The notes below the pieces were generated by a model. That model saw nothing but the letters and a program-made list of their open reading frames with translations. It was not told the origin of the DNA and did no database searches. Both the position numbers and the translations under genes were made by a program. Shown here in pieces: positions 1 to 13,399 of a DNA stretch of 64,000 nucleotides (its first letter is position 1; every line of letters starts with the position of its first letter). Origin of the DNA: Epiperipatus broadwayi (Eukaryota; Animalia; Onychophora); the NCBI GenBank assembly GCA_028023455.1, contig JAQFVV010000010.1:1736001-1800000 (forward strand). Direction: 5' to 3'.

Positions 1-59
1 GATTTCTGGGACTCCTTTAAAAAAAAGGCCAACTTAACCACCAACTAATATGACATTCA

Positions 60-1800
60 AATGTGCTAATTACTTGTTTTTATCTCTTTAATAATCCTCA
101 CAGTTTTTTTACTACCATCAATGCCATGACTATGTCTAGTACAATTAGTTGTCAAATGTGCATTAGGAAAATTTTGCTAACTTTACAAATTTAAAGCTTA
201 TCCATATAAAATTTATAGATATACTCAGTTTTGTTAGTATTAACTCATAGATCATGCCTCTTTTAATTGCATGTGGATATGGTAGGACTGAGATAGTTAA
301 TAACTATTGTCAAAGTCTGTTATTGCTCATCCCTCACAAAAATTGTTCTAAACAGACAAAATTCTCCATACAGTAGTGCCACTCAGTGCAAGCCAGAGTA
401 ATCAATGGATGCCAGAAGGCTTGTGCATAAAATCCTTATCTAGTGCCTACTTATCCAATATCCCCAGACTAGTTTCTGGCTTATGGCCTTTGTCACTGAG
501 GAGCTTTGGATCTGAAGAGCACTGCACTTAGATCTTAGGATCTAATGCAACCCTCCAGCAGGCACCTTTACTTAACTACAAAACTATGAAAATATATGAC
601 AATATAAGCTAATGAGCTTAGATTGAAAATATTGTGTTTTCAATTTTATTCATATAGTTTTGTAGTTAAGTAGAGATAAAAGGTGGCTGCTGGAGGGTTG
701 CATTAGATCCTAAGATCTAGGTGCAGTGCTCTCAGATCCAAGGCTTCTCATTGATGAAGGCCACAAGCCAGAAACTAATCTGGAAATATTGGATGAGTAG
801 GCACTAGATAGGGATTTTATGCACAAGCCTTTTGGCATCCATTGATTACTCTGGCTTGCACTGAGTACCACTACTATATGGAGAATTTTGCCTGTTTTAA
901 TAACAGTTATGAGCAAGCATAAGAAATGGTGATTATGTGCTGTTTAGTGGTTTAATATTAATCCTGCCTAATAGGATAGTGGTGGCTATGGTTATTAAAG
1001 AACCAAAGACTCCAAAATGTATGGGTACTGAACTGAGTTCAGACCTATATAACTATATAAGCTAATAAGTTTGGATTAAAAATATTATTGTGTTTTCAAT
1101 TTTATTCTCATAGTTTTGTAGTTAAGTAGAGAGAAAAGGTGTTTGCTGGAGGGTTGCATTCGATCCTAAGATGTAGGTGGAGTGCTCTCAGATCTAAAAC
1201 TCATCACTGACAAAGGCCACAAGCTAGAAACTAGTCTGGGGATATTGGATGAGTAGGCACTAGTAGGAGTTTTATGCACAAGCCTTCTGGTGTCCATTGA
1301 TTACTCTCTTGCAGTGAGTGGCACTATTGTATGGAAAGTTTTGTCTGTTTTAATAACAGTTATGAGCAAGCTTAGTAAGTGGTGATCATGTGATGTTTGG
1401 TGATTTAAAAACTGTTCTAGCAATGCTTCCTCTAAGTAGTCCCCATGCACCCAATTTCTTACCAAGTCACACAAAACAGTATTGAAATCTCTGCAACTTT
1501 TATCTCTTACTTAGCTTCTTTTCACTAATGAAAGTGAACTATATACTTTGATGATTCAGGATTAAATTGGTAAGGTGCTTGACTAATTTTATATATGACA
1601 GACTTTTGTGATATTCAGGTTTGCGTAGCTGGTTTGCAACCTCAATTGTTTTTGATCCTCTTAATAGGAGTAGTGCTATATGTTTTATATAAATGGGCCA
1701 TTCAGAGGGAGTATTAATTGTCCAAATTCCCCTATCCCTAACCGTTCTCTTGCCATATTCCTCACTAAGAGTTTGTCTATCCACAGTTTAATCTATTTGA
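60..1800 (-). mobile_element. Degenerate Ty3/gypsy gag remnant, split by a hammerhead element at 351-1406
   Basis: Minus-strand translation gives ..PSEWPIYIKHIAL.. and ..CRDFNTVLCDLVRNWVHGDYLEEALLEQFL. It resumes after the insertion as LEQFL*GMSNNRL*Q*LL. The pattern is typical of gypsy gag and parallels the gag at ~49080-49560. Confidence 0.6.
351..1406. mobile_element. Hammerhead fold-back element, family A (three partial arms, degenerate ribozymes)
   Basis: Arm ~351-650 is inverted relative to ~650-1000 and ~1030-1406. It is homologous to 55272-56242. Flanks are aaaaattgttcta (338-350) and aaaaactgttcta (1407-1419). Hammerhead cores are mutated (GTGACAA, TTGATGA, CTGACAA). Confidence 0.85.
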
Positions 1801-2359
1801 AAACTGTCTAGCTTTTAATTTAATGCACTGATTATTTGTGCTCTGACAATCTCAATACAAATTGTTACTATGTTCTCCACTCAACTGTCCAACTGTTCCA
1901 ATTATTATGTTATATTTAGACTTGCCAATATAATTAAAGCAATTATGACTATATTTAAGAGTATGAATCAAATAACATTATAAATAAAAAAGATCCTCAG
2001 AACACAGTTTGTTGGAATTATGTTAAATTGCTAATTATTCTAAAACACTTAATATCCATATTTTGCAGCATATATATGAATATTTACAAACGTAACTCTT
2101 AGGCATACTAAAATAATAATTTGAATTGAGGATGGCCCCTAAATCTGTCTAGATTCACCTTTAATAAGGAAAAAACTGGATATGAAAACTAGTTCAGCTT
2201 CTTTTTTCCCCTCTGAGTTGGAGATCACTTGTCCCATTTTCTAATTAATCTGTCTTTTTAATAATTCCCCTTCTATTGTTTTACTGTTGCGAATTAGTTA
2301 ATAACTCTTAACAATACATTTTATTAATTAGTTTTCTATAGTCTAATCAAAGTTACATC

Positions 2360-2490
2360 TTTGTACAGTTTAATTAAAATACTTTTAATTTTACTATTTA
2401 TACAGATTAATTAAAAAGACTTTACCCTTTGTGCAGATCAATTAAAATATTTTTAGTTTACCGTTAGTGCAGATTAATTTAAATACTATT
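2360..2490. repeat. Degenerate ~35-40 bp minisatellite, about 4 units
   Basis: Recurring (g/a)t(a/g)caga/gtt(t/c)aatt(a/t)aaata units. Confidence 0.45.
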
Positions 2491-3189
2491 ATTTCTCATG
2501 TTATTAAACATTTTATTTGTGTGTGTGCATTACTACTATGCCACACACTTTTCAATATAATTATTATTCTGAACACAGCAGGTATAATACAATGTAACTA
2601 TGATCACTCAAACTAGAAAATGAGGTTCAAATAATGAGTTTGTGTGGATAGCCATAATGTGTATATGCACCATAAAGAGTTTACATAAGTGAAAATGCAG
2701 CTTCTTATGTTAACCTGTGTCTAGGTAATCGAACCGTGCTTTCAATAATTTTAGAGCATTCATAAATAAAGTGTTGTCAACAAGGTAATGAATTTTTTCT
2801 GGCTGTGTGGAGTAATGATTACACATAAAATGAACTCAGCAAAACTGTTTTAATTCTTATAAACTAAAATTAAGATAAGAAGTACACTTCTTCAAGCACG
2901 ACCTCATTGGAATTCTTTAGAAATGTTGATTGATGTGCCCAAAAATTTGTTGTGTATTTGCTTTAAGTTTGTGATCAAAAGAGGATGAGTCATAAACATG
3001 TAATATCTGTATTTTTATTTATATGTTTATTTTTTTCTAGCATTGTTACAGATTTTATTATTCGTAAGCAATCATTTTTGCAATAATCCCATGATTTTAC
3101 ATTTGAGGTAGAGTCTATGTAACAAATAGAAATCTTTTTCACAATGTGAAAGGCAAGACAAATTTTAAAAAGAGCAACATCAGGATTAT

Positions 3190-3820
3190 TATTAGTAGTA
3201 GTAGCAGTAGTAATAGTAGGAGCAGTAATAGTAGTAGTAATAGTAAGTGCAGTAATAGTAGTAGTAGTAGTAATAGTATCAGTATCAGCAGCAGTACTAG
3301 CAGTAGTAGTAGGAATGGTAGTAGTATGAGTAGTAGTAGCAGCAGCAGTAGTAGTAGTAATTGCAGCAGTAATAGCAGTAATTTTAGTCACCATCTGCCA
3401 AATGCTTTGACTTACAATACAACAAAACAATTTTTCACAAATGAATTATAATTCATGGTTTTGTTTAATTGTTTAATAATTTTTCTATTTTTTTTTTTTT
3501 TTTGATATTTTTAAGCAGATATGTTTTTTAATATTTTTTTTTAGATTTTTATTGTAAATAACTTTTTCAAATAATATAACAACTAATTGTTAAAAATAAT
3601 GTAACAAAGAAACTTATCCTATTAAAGTATACTTTAAAAATAGTAGTAGTAATAGTAGTAGGAGTGGTAGTAGTGGTAGCAGCAGTGGCATCTGCAGCAG
3701 TAGTAAGAGGAGGAGTAGGAGAAGGAAGAGAACAAGGAATAATAGTAGTAGTGGTAGAGGCAATGGATGAGATAGTAATAGTAGTAGTAGCAGTAGCTGT
3801 ATTAGTAGCAGTAGTAGTCC
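3190..3820. repeat. AGT/AGC-rich simple repeats surrounding a ~265-bp block (3376-3642) that recurs at ~12045-12292
   Basis: Imperfect (AGT/AGC)n tracts at 3190-3375 and 3640-3820. The block ttagtcacc...gtatactttaaaaatagtag is repeated at ~12045-12292. Confidence 0.85.
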
Positions 3821-4239
3821 ACTAGATGGCACTTTTCTTAGTCAGTCAAGTGTTACATCAGATCATTTTTGATTAAGAAATTTTCACAGTTTTACTGAGA
3901 ATTGGATAAAAAAATCTATACTAGTGAATAGAGAAAGTTTTTCTATTTAAGGTAAGATCATTGAGAGCAAATTTCTTATAATATTGGTGAAAGTATAAGG
4001 GATTTTCTAAATATGCTTGAAAATTCTATGTTAAATAGTAATTCAAATAAATCAACAACAATGGAAGAAATTTCTAAAAAAAGTTGTAAATCCTTATCAG
4101 ATTGTCAAAAGATAAGTAATTCTAGTTTTACTGAAATACAGACAATGAAAGAATTTTTAAATTTAGAAAGCTCCAGGCTATCTGAAGATCTTATCTCAAA
4201 ACAAACAGATTAAAAATAAAAGTAGCTATGCTTAATAGT

Positions 4240-4287
4240 AAACAATTCAAACCAAAGCAAAACTCTCCATATAGTAGTGCCATCTTG
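4240..4287. mobile_element. 48-bp terminal fragment of family A with a 13-bp TSD
   Basis: aaacaattcaaaccaaagcaaaactctccatatagtagtgccatcttg matches family A (~55327-55375). It is flanked by tatgcttaatagt at 4227-4239 and 4288-4300. Confidence 0.75.
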
Positions 4288-6489
4288 TATGCTTAATAGT
4301 CAAAATTAGTCATAGATCACATGACCCTATTCTCTTAAGCTTGTAAGTTATAAACAATGAGGATTGCATTCCTCAACAAGCTTTGTGATAAATGCTTAGC
4401 CAAAAAAGCATTTAAAATATCTGTCAGGATCTCCCCCAAACCCCTGACCATGGTTTCATGCTTTGGCACTCCTCAGAGAGGTGGCAGGTAGGTTTAGACA
4501 CTAGATCTAAAAATACCAACCCAAAGCCAGCATTTAATTAAAAGCTATCTATTGAGTAGAAAATTTGAAATTTTCAGACACCTACATGTCTTCAAACACA
4601 GCTATCCAACTCAAATAGCTATATGGGGCTGATAGATCTTCAGCCACACCATATATTAGTAGTCTTAGCAATATTACATTGCATAAGACAAGGCAGAGAC
4701 TATAAATAGTCAAAATAAGAGTCATAGATCGCATGACCCTATTCTCTTAAGCTTGTAAGTTATAAACAATGAGGATTGCCAATTCCTCAACAAGCTTTGT
4801 GATAAATTCTTAGCCAGAGAAAGCATCTATCTCTGTCAGGAACCTCCCCCCCCAAACCCCTGACCATAGTTTCATGCTTTGGCACTTCTCAGAGTGGTGG
4901 CAGGGTAGGTTCAGACACTAGATCTAAAAATACCAACCCAAAGCCAGCATTTAATTAAAAGTTATCTATTGAGTGGAAAATCTGAAATTTTCAGACACCT
5001 ACATGTCTTCAAACCCAGCTATCCAACTCAAATATCTATATGGGGCTGACAGATCTTCAGCCATACCAGACACCTACATGTCTTCAAAACCAGCTATCCA
5101 ACTCAAATATTTATATGGAGCTGATAGATCTTCAGCCATACCATATATTAGTAGTCTTAGCAATATTACATTGCATAAGACTTAAGGCAGAGACTATAAA
5201 TAGTCAAAATAAGAGTCATAGATCATATGACCCTATTCTCTTAAGCTTGTAAGTTATAAACAATGAGGATTGCCAATTCCTCAACAAGCTATGTAATAAA
5301 TGCTTAGCCAGAGAAAGCATTTAAAATATTTCTGTCAGGAATCCCCCAACCCCTGATCATGGGTTCATGCAATGGTGGCAGGTTAGGTTCAGACATTAGA
5401 TCTAAAAACACCAACTCAAAGCCAGCATTTAATTAAAAAGTTATCTATTGAGTGGAAAATCTGAAATTTTTAGACACCTACATGTCTTCAAACCCAGCTA
5501 TCCAACTCAAATAGCTATATGGGGCTGATAGATCTTCAGACATACCATATATTAGTAGTCTTAGCAATATTACATTGCATAAGACTTAAGGCAGAGACTA
5601 TAAATAGTCAAAATAAGTCATAGATCACATGACCCTATTCTCTTAAGCTTGTAAGTTATAAACAATGAGGATTGCCAATTCCTCAATAAGCTTTGTGATA
5701 AATGCTCCCCCCAACCCCTGACCATGGTTTTCTGCTTTGGCACTCCTCAGAGAGGTGGCAGGGTAGGTTCAGACACTAGATTTAAAAATACCAACCCAAA
5801 GCCAGCATTTAATTAAAAGTTATCTATTGAGTGGAAAATCTGAAATTTTCAGATACCTACATGTCTTCAAACCCAGCTATCCAACTCAAATAGCTATATG
5901 GGGGCTGATAGATTTTCAGCCATACCATATATTAGTAGTTGTAGCAATATAACATTGCATAAGACTTATGGCAGAGACTATAAATAGTCAAAATAAGAGA
6001 TATTTTAAATGCTTTCACTGGCTAAGCATTTATCACAAAGCTTGTTGAGGAATTAACAATCCTCATTGTTTATAACTTACAAGCTTAAGAGAATAAGGTC
6101 ATGTGATCTATGACTCTTATTTTGACTATTTATTGTCTCTGCCTTAAGTCTTATGCAATGTTATATTGCTAAGACTACTAATATATGGTATGGTTGAAGA
6201 TCTATCAGCCCCATATAGCTATTTGAATTGGATAGCTGGGTTTGAAGACATGTAGGTGTCTGAACATTTCAGATTTTCCACTCAATAGATAACTTTTAAT
6301 TAAATGCTAGCTTTGGGTTGGTATTTTTAGATCTAGTGTCTGAATCTACCCTGCCACCTCTCTGAGGTTGCCAAAGCATGAAACCATGGTCAGGAGTTGA
6401 GGGGTTTCTGACAGAGATATTTTAAATGCTTTCTCTGGCTAAGCATTTATCACAATGTTTGTAGAGGAACTGACAATCATCATTGTTTA
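4288..6489. mobile_element. Hammerhead fold-back element, family B: four head-to-tail monomers (~380-494 bp) plus an inverted arm
   Basis: The marker tagtcaaaa recurs at 4297, 4707, 5201, 5605 and 5985. The inverted arm spans ~5998-6489. The TSD tagctatgct lies at 4223-4232 and 6490-6499. The empty site tagctatgtt is seen in LINE copy 2 (~29130). Confidence 0.9.
4441..4481 (-). ncRNA. Minimal type-I hammerhead ribozyme (family B, intact core)
   Basis: Minus strand: CCTCT-CTGAGGA-GTGC(CAAA)GCAT-GAAA-CCATGG-TC-AGGGG. Stem III ACCATGGT is palindromic. Confidence 0.8.
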
Positions 6490-8359
6490 TAGCTATGCTA
6501 ATGTTTTGAAAAAATATATAGATAAAAAAGCCAATTTATTACAAATTAGTGAAGAAAATATAACTGAATTTTTTAATCTAGATGATAATGAAATTAATCA
6601 AACAAATTCAGATTCTACAATACTTAATAATACATTAAAACCTAAAGAATATCAGGATATAGTAACTAAGTTCAGTCTAACAATCCTCCCAATCATTTTT
6701 AAATCTTTTCAAAAATTTACAAATGAGAAGTCACTGATCTTATCTATGACAGACTTAAAAATTTCTATAATGTAATTTCCCATAGATGAGTTTTATGAGT
6801 TTCTCTAAGAAAAAAACTTGTGGGGAATGATTTATAAAGTGTTAAACCATTCTAACAATAGGTACATTGTACTGGAATTTTATAATGTATCACAAAAATT
6901 AATTTTTCAAAAACATATTCAGGTTATCAACAACAAAATTGTCTGCTAAGTTGATACAAACAGACAGATGAGGCTAGAGGGCCAAATTAGAAACTGTCAT
7001 GTTACCTTTATCAATCAAGACTTACAAAAGCTTCTTGATAGATATGGACATGTTTCAAATTTTAGATACCTACTAGAAAAAAGAGCTATGAAGCCAGTTT
7101 TAACTAACATAACCATGTTCAGCTTGACTTTGAATAAAAATATACAGGCAATTGACATTCAAACTTCGCATTCCACTAAAAGCTGCCCTTGATAATCACC
7201 TTCAAGGGAGTACCTCCACATTGTTTTTTTTGCGAGTCCAGGGAGCATCTCATCAAGAATTGCCGTAACAGATATTGAAAAAATTGTGGCTTTAAAAATA
7301 CAAAATCTCATCAATATGCTAAACAAAAAAATGTTGTTAAAGGAAAATTCAAATCTTGTAAATGTACCTAATGCAGAAAGTGATCAACAAATAAATCAAA
7401 TGTCATCAAACCCAACTATAATTTCCCACATGGACATATTAAAACCGATGCCTAATGAGATTCCACATGAACAGACAGAAACAGAAGCAAGAACAATTGA
7501 GGAACTATCCATCTATAAATCTAATACTCCATAGCATATGAAAACAGAAGACAGCCCTGATGACAAGGACAGCACATTCACCTCATCAGAAAATGATGAC
7601 AAGTTTAAAGTGGCAGTAAGTAAACAAAGCTTAAAAAAATTTAAAAAAATGATAATTTAAATAAAAATACAAACTTAAATGCAATGGATAAACAAAAAAA
7701 CAATCATGAAAATAAGAAAAATATTCTATACATGTCAATTCACACAAAAAAAGCTCAATATAATGAATCAAATGAAGATAACAATGCTCCAGAAGATGCA
7801 AGCCATTTACATTGGACCCATAAAAACCCTAGTAACTCTCAACTTTTACAAGAGCAAATAAAATACTTTGAAGAAGTAAACAGTCACAAAAGAAAAAGCA
7901 GAACTAAAAAGGACAAAGAATCTGAAAGAGTTAACACAGAGATGGATATACATGCTGTTCAAATTTCTGATAACTCTTCACTTGAGCCAACCAGCTCACT
8001 AGCAGAAGAAAAAAAATTCTGATTTAGAATATTAATATATCTACTTCAAAATGGATACACAAATTGATGGACAATTTGCTTCTAATAAAGGTGTACTTTT
8101 CATAGCAGACCTTTCTTACCTTAAATTAAGTGGGACTTTTATTCATATGTTTCACCAGAATAACTGGAGAAATCTACCTACAAATATAAAATACTGTATA
8201 GAATTTCTTTTGGAAATTTATTTGTTGGGCATTTTAAATACACAATGCCATGATGTAATATTTAAAACAATTATGGTCATAATAGATGTTATTAAACTTA
8301 TTAATTTTGTTATTATAGAATTAAAATGGATTTATGTATATCAGAGGTTAATGTTAGGG

Positions 8360-11300
8360 GAATTATGTATATCAGAGGTTAATGTTAGGGGAATCAATTC
8401 GATCTAACGCATCTTTGCATTAAGCAATTGGATAACACAATTTTCTCCTCATATAATACTTTTTACAGAGACAAAATATTCCGTAAATTTACTTATTAAT
8501 CCCCAGCAATTTTTATATAAATTTGGATATTGCCACTTTTCAGTAAATGTCTTGGCTGCATCTTGGATTGGTATTTTAATCCATCATAAATCACCATTTC
8601 AAACATTCAGAATAATTTATCTTAACCATCACATGATTATAATTACTCTAATTCATACAGCTTTTACAATAAATATTATAGGCCTGTATTTATATAATAA
8701 AACTTCCATAATAAGTCAATTAATCAATGAGATTAATCTGGTTTTAACTACAAACTCATATCCTACAATTATGATTGGAGATTTCAACATGCCTTACTGT
8801 GATTTTGTTAGGAAGTACTTGCATATTATTAAAAACATTTAATTAATGCTGAGGGATTCTTCTCTTCCAACTCTATATCGTTTTATACAAAGAAAAATTC
8901 AACTTTAATCGATTTATGTTTTTATTCACCTGAATTACATTATCAAATCTCTCCTTCCTTGCAACCAGTAACATTTTCTGATCATCTGGCTTTGAATGTT
9001 CATTTGAAGCTAAATATTCAAGTAAAACCTGTTTTGCCACTTAACAATACAATTAGATTGCTTTTAAAATCTGCCACATTCGAAGCATTGATGTCAGAAA
9101 TATACATATATTTTAGAAAAATTGATATATTGTCCTTGCAACCAATTGATGCATGGTTTTGTTTTATTAGCATAGTATCATCCACAATCAAGCACTATAC
9201 ACATAACAATAAACCCCCAACAAAACTAGTAAAAGACCTGGATACAATAAATATTAAACTTAAAAGCACTTCTTGTGATCCTGCATCAATAGAATCAATT
9301 ATAGAACTAAAACATAAACACACTCAACAATTATTAGCAGAATACTTGTCAATTAAAAAACCCAAAATTTATCTAGCTAAACCTCATGATTGGTCTAAGG
9401 GTTATATTCAATGGGCACTTGGTTATAAATAAATAAAAAGATTTCCTCATCAATTACCAAAAATCAAGAAATGATAGCTGGACACAATATGTTGCCTCAT
9501 ATTTTTTTATCATTTTAAAGGCAAATTACAAAAGCATTCTATTCCAATATTTTTACTATATACCTTTGGTGTGACAGATGGCATTCACGGTATTTCCAAA
9601 CTTGAAATACTGCAAAAAATTAGATCCACTCCAGAAAGAATACACCCTGGAATCCATGCTATTCCTAAATTTGTGCTTGATCATTTAACTAATTTTACTG
9701 TAACTATCATATAACTCCTAGCAAAGCAAATTCATTATATTGATCACCTATACCCGATACCAATTGTGCCATTTCTTAAAAAATTTATTCTTCATTCACC
9801 AATGAAAAATCTGAGACCAATATCAATGACACCTCTTATGATTAAAATCATAGAATCACTTATCAAGGATAAAATTCAACCCCAGATCCTTCCAAGAATA
9901 TCTGATTACCAATATTCTAAAAAAGGCTGCTCAACTTCTGGGACAGGTACACTATTCAAAATGATATTGAAAGAAATTCATCAAGGCAAAAAAGCAGCTC
10001 CTATTGCAGTCCAATTAGACATTGAAGCAGAATTTGACTCTGTGTTCATTGAAAAGCTGTTAAAGGGTCTTTCAACACAAAATATCAAAACTCCAATCAT
10101 GTATATTCTGGCTAACTTATTACTAAACAGAGAAATATACATTACTCTAAATGGGAAAACAACACCAGGATTCTCCCCTAAAAATTCTATAACATAAGGT
10201 TCACCACTAAGTGCATTACTGTTTATTAACTACATTAATCCTTTGCTATTGGAAATAGAAAAAAAACTGCCTGGAATTTTTGTTCCACTTATAAATACCA
10301 ATATTAAACACATCTCATACATGGATGATATAGTGGTGTTCCTTCCATCTAAAAAACTTCTTCCTTCACTTTTTTTAATTCTTGAAGAATTCTCTGTTAA
10401 GTCATCATTAACTTTCAATAAAGAAAAGTCATCTGCTCGGCAGATTCTCACTGGAAAAAAAAATTGACTGTATGTGTGAAGCACCCCCAATGAATTTTTT
10501 AGGTTTCCCCTTAAGTAAAAACTTTAATGACATGTGAATAATGATTCAAAATCAACTATTAGAGTCAATTGAAAAAAATTATAAATCCTCTCTCGAAGAC
10601 ATATCTTTCTTTGCACGCAAAGGTTTCATTAATCACCATGTTAGTTTTTCCAAAGATAAATTACTATGCTCCAGTAATAAAATTCACCAACTTATTTATA
10701 AACAAAATCAACTCATTATGTATTAAGTTGATTTGGGGGGGGGGGGGAAATAGTGTCAATTAGCATTAAAAACATGCAAAAACATTTAAAGCACAATGGA
10801 CTATCACTACATAGTATTTGTACCTTCTATATACAAAAAGCAATTAATGAGATAACAAGACTTATGAAATTCTATCCTTATATTGAATGTTTCTTCCCAA
10901 TTACACCAACAGATACACCACCACCAATAAAAAACAATTATATTAAAAAACTTTTTGATGGTATTTCAATGCATACAAAACCACTAAAAAACATATTCTC
11001 CAGTAAAATCTCCTACTGGAAAGTTAATGTTATAATGAACAGAACAAATCAGCAAATACCCCCATCATTAATCACTTTCAAACAAAGTCATCATAAAAAT
11101 TTAAATTTTGGCACTTGGAACCTAAATATCTCGATTTTTTAATCAAAATAAATCTAAAGGCTCTACGAAAAAATGCATTCATAGCCAATAGAATGACAAA
11201 TGCAAATATTGATGCTATATGTGGAATGTGTAGGAAAGAGGAAGAAACAGTAGAACATTTCCTCTTCACTTGTCCTACTTTACAAACTTATCGACAACTT

Positions 11301-11498
11301 ATATCAACAATTATTCGTTCTCAAATACCAACAATTAATCTTATCAATGAAAATATTAAAAGAGGGCAATTTCCACAGATTAGAATAATTACATATCTCC
11401 TTTTCACTCTTTGGTATATGAGATGCCATTTTGTCTTTAGTCCTACATCACAAAGACTAAAATCCATATTCTTGAACAAATTATCAAAATTAAATTAA
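8360..11498 (+). pseudogene. L1/Tx1 ORF2 (APE endonuclease, reverse transcriptase, CCHC finger), disrupted
   Basis: Motifs: VNVRGIN, LFTETK, MIGDFN, SDHLAL, LRPISM, LDIEAEFDSV, GSPLSALLF, SYMDDIV and CGMCRKEEETVEHFLFTC. Multiple stops and frameshifts. Confidence 0.92.
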
Positions 11499-11771
11499 GA
11501 GATCACTCTCTTGCACCTTCAGATATTTTTGCAGCTATGTGGAGTCTGGTTTCATTACCCATGCCAATGTGAAAGAAAAATTTAAGGTGATAAACTAATA
11601 ATTGTCCACATTTAAAACTGTAAAATTTCATTTATTTGTAAAACTTGTCTATAAACAAACTGTACAATATTTATATTCAGTAGAATCTTGTAAAACAGTT
11701 GATTAATCAATGTAACAATTATTGTATGTAAAATATTAACAATTTAATCAAATAGAGTATCTTTAAAACTA

Positions 11772-11855
<84 letters not shown>
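11772..11855 (+). repeat. (ACT)28 microsatellite, followed by an AGT/GGT-rich tract to ~12040
   Basis: Perfect ACT repeat directly after the LINE 3' UTR. Confidence 0.95.
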
Positions 11856-11856
<1 letters not shown>

Positions 11857-12468
11857 AAAGTAATAGTAGTAGTGGTGGTGGTGGTGGTGGTAGTGGTAGC
11901 AGTAGCAGTAGTGGTAGTGTTAATAGTAGTAGTAGCAGTAGCAGTAGTAGTAGTAGTCATTATTATTGTCATCATCATTGTCATTGTTGTTATAGTAGTA
12001 GTAGTAGAGTAGTAGCAGTAGGAGCAGTGCAGTAGCAGTAATTACTTGAAGTTTAGTCACCCTACCCTAAATGCTGTGACTTATAATACAACAAAACAAT
12101 TTTTTCACAAAATGAGTTATAATTCATGGTTTTGTTTAATTGTTTAATAATTTCTCATTTTTTTGATTAATAATTTTTTTGTACATTTTTATTGCAAATA
12201 ACTTTTTCAAATAATATAACAACTAATTGTTAAAAATAATGTAACAAAGAAACATCCTAATTAAAGTATACTTTAAAAATAGTAGCAATAGCAATAGTAT
12301 TATTTTACATTGTACTAAATTTAAATCTTTTCTCTTTAATTACATCTTGTGTAGAATCTGAGCCATTTTCAGCTTGATGATTTATTAATTTGTTACTTTT
12401 TCTGTGAGTTATGCAAGAAAACATCCCTTAGGGTTTCTTGGAAAAATGAAAGGTATTAATGTATATAT

Positions 12469-13201
12469 GCACACAGAGAGCATACCAATAGCTCAAAACA
12501 AGCTTTTAATTAATAAGTGCGGTATGAGAAAATATTTAAAATATCTACCCAGAATATTCCCATCTCCAGACCAATTGGTTTCGAGCTTATGGCTCATGTC
12601 AGTGGAGAGCTAGAATATTCAGACACTAGACCTAAAATATCAACTCAAAAAAACCAGCACTTATTTCATACATATATTTAAGAAGAAACTATGAAATTTT
12701 CAGACATGAAAATGTCTTTAAATCCAGATATCTAACTTAAATAGCTATATGGGACTGAAATAAATTCAGATCTACCATATTCTAATAGCCTCAGCATAGC
12801 CAAAGCCATAAAGGTAAAATTATTAAAATACATAGATCTAAATTTAGTTCAGTCCCATATAGCTATTTAAGTTATATAGCTCAATTTAAAGACATTTTCA
12901 TGTCCGAAAATTTCAGAGTTTTTTCTTAAATATACGTATGAAATAAGTGCTGTTTTTTTTAGTTGATATTTTAGGTCTAGTGTCCAAATATTTTAGCTCT
13001 CCACTGACATGAGACATAAGCTCGAAACCAGTTGGTCTGGAGATGGGAGTATTCTGGGTAGAGATTTTAAATATTTTCTCATACTGCACTTATTAATTAA
13101 AAGCTTGTTTGAGCTATTGGTACACACTCTGTGTGCATTTTTGTAACTACAAGCTTATTAAAAGTAATGTCACGTTATATATGACTTGCTTTTTTAATTA
13201 T
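12469..13201. mobile_element. Hammerhead fold-back element, family B' (diverged relative of B)
   Basis: Inverted arms at ~12469-12780 and ~12840-13140, with homology to the B monomer extending to ~13195. Flanks are tattaatgtatatat (12454-12468) and tattaatgcatatat (13202-13216). Confidence 0.85.
12563..12608 (-). ncRNA. Type-I hammerhead-like motif (family B'; non-canonical core); mirror copy on + at 12998-13043
   Basis: TCTCCA-CTGACAT-GAGC(CATAA)GCTC-GAAA-CCAATTGG-TC-TGGAGA. Stems I and II are perfect and stem III ACCAATTGGT is palindromic. The core CTGACAT deviates from CUGANGA. Confidence 0.65.
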
Positions 13202-13399
13202 TATTAATGCATATATTTTCATATCCTTCGTAATAATGGATTGTGTTAAGTTAGTCGTGTTATATGTCATTTCATTGGAAATTTTATTAAGAATGTAATG
13301 AATATGTTAATAAAAATATCTATTAAAATGTAAAAACTTTGGAAAAATATAAAAATAATTTTAAAAAATGTTAAAATCTTTTTTTTTTCAATTTTAAAT

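Larger units (their letters stand above)
3994..8022 (+). pseudogene. L1/Tx1 ORF1 (gag-like), disrupted
   Basis: Zinc knuckle CFFCESREHLIKNC at 7222-7263, followed by a decayed second knuckle. The segment NFPIDEFYEFL*EKNLWGMIYKVLNHSNNRYIVLEF is homologous to ORF1 of copies 2 and 3. Several stops and frameshifts; the 5' boundary is approximate. Confidence 0.75.
3830..11770 (+). mobile_element. L1/Tx1-clade non-LTR retrotransposon, copy 1 (near full length, decayed)
   Basis: ORF1 has a zinc knuckle. ORF2 has APE, RT and C-terminal CCHC motifs. An (ACT)n tract follows the 3' UTR. ORF1 is interrupted at 4233-6489. Confidence 0.9.

Noticed and set aside
1539-1784. Possible helix-turn-helix transposase N-terminus
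   Set aside because: Better explained as gypsy gag, since it continues into a gag LEQF..G..LL motif across the family A insertion.
2990-3832. Thr-, Ser- and Leu-rich ORFs (146, 101 and 72 aa) resembling mucin or membrane proteins
   Set aside because: They are translations of AGT/AGC simple repeats, open in several frames only because of low complexity.
3818-3833. CTCF-like motif ccactagatggcac (similar motifs at ~21960 and ~47370)
   Set aside because: Short motifs at TE edges cannot be distinguished from chance without ChIP data.
4288-6489. CRISPR-like or satellite array
   Set aside because: No unique spacers and eukaryotic context. The array is a single insertion bounded by a TSD.
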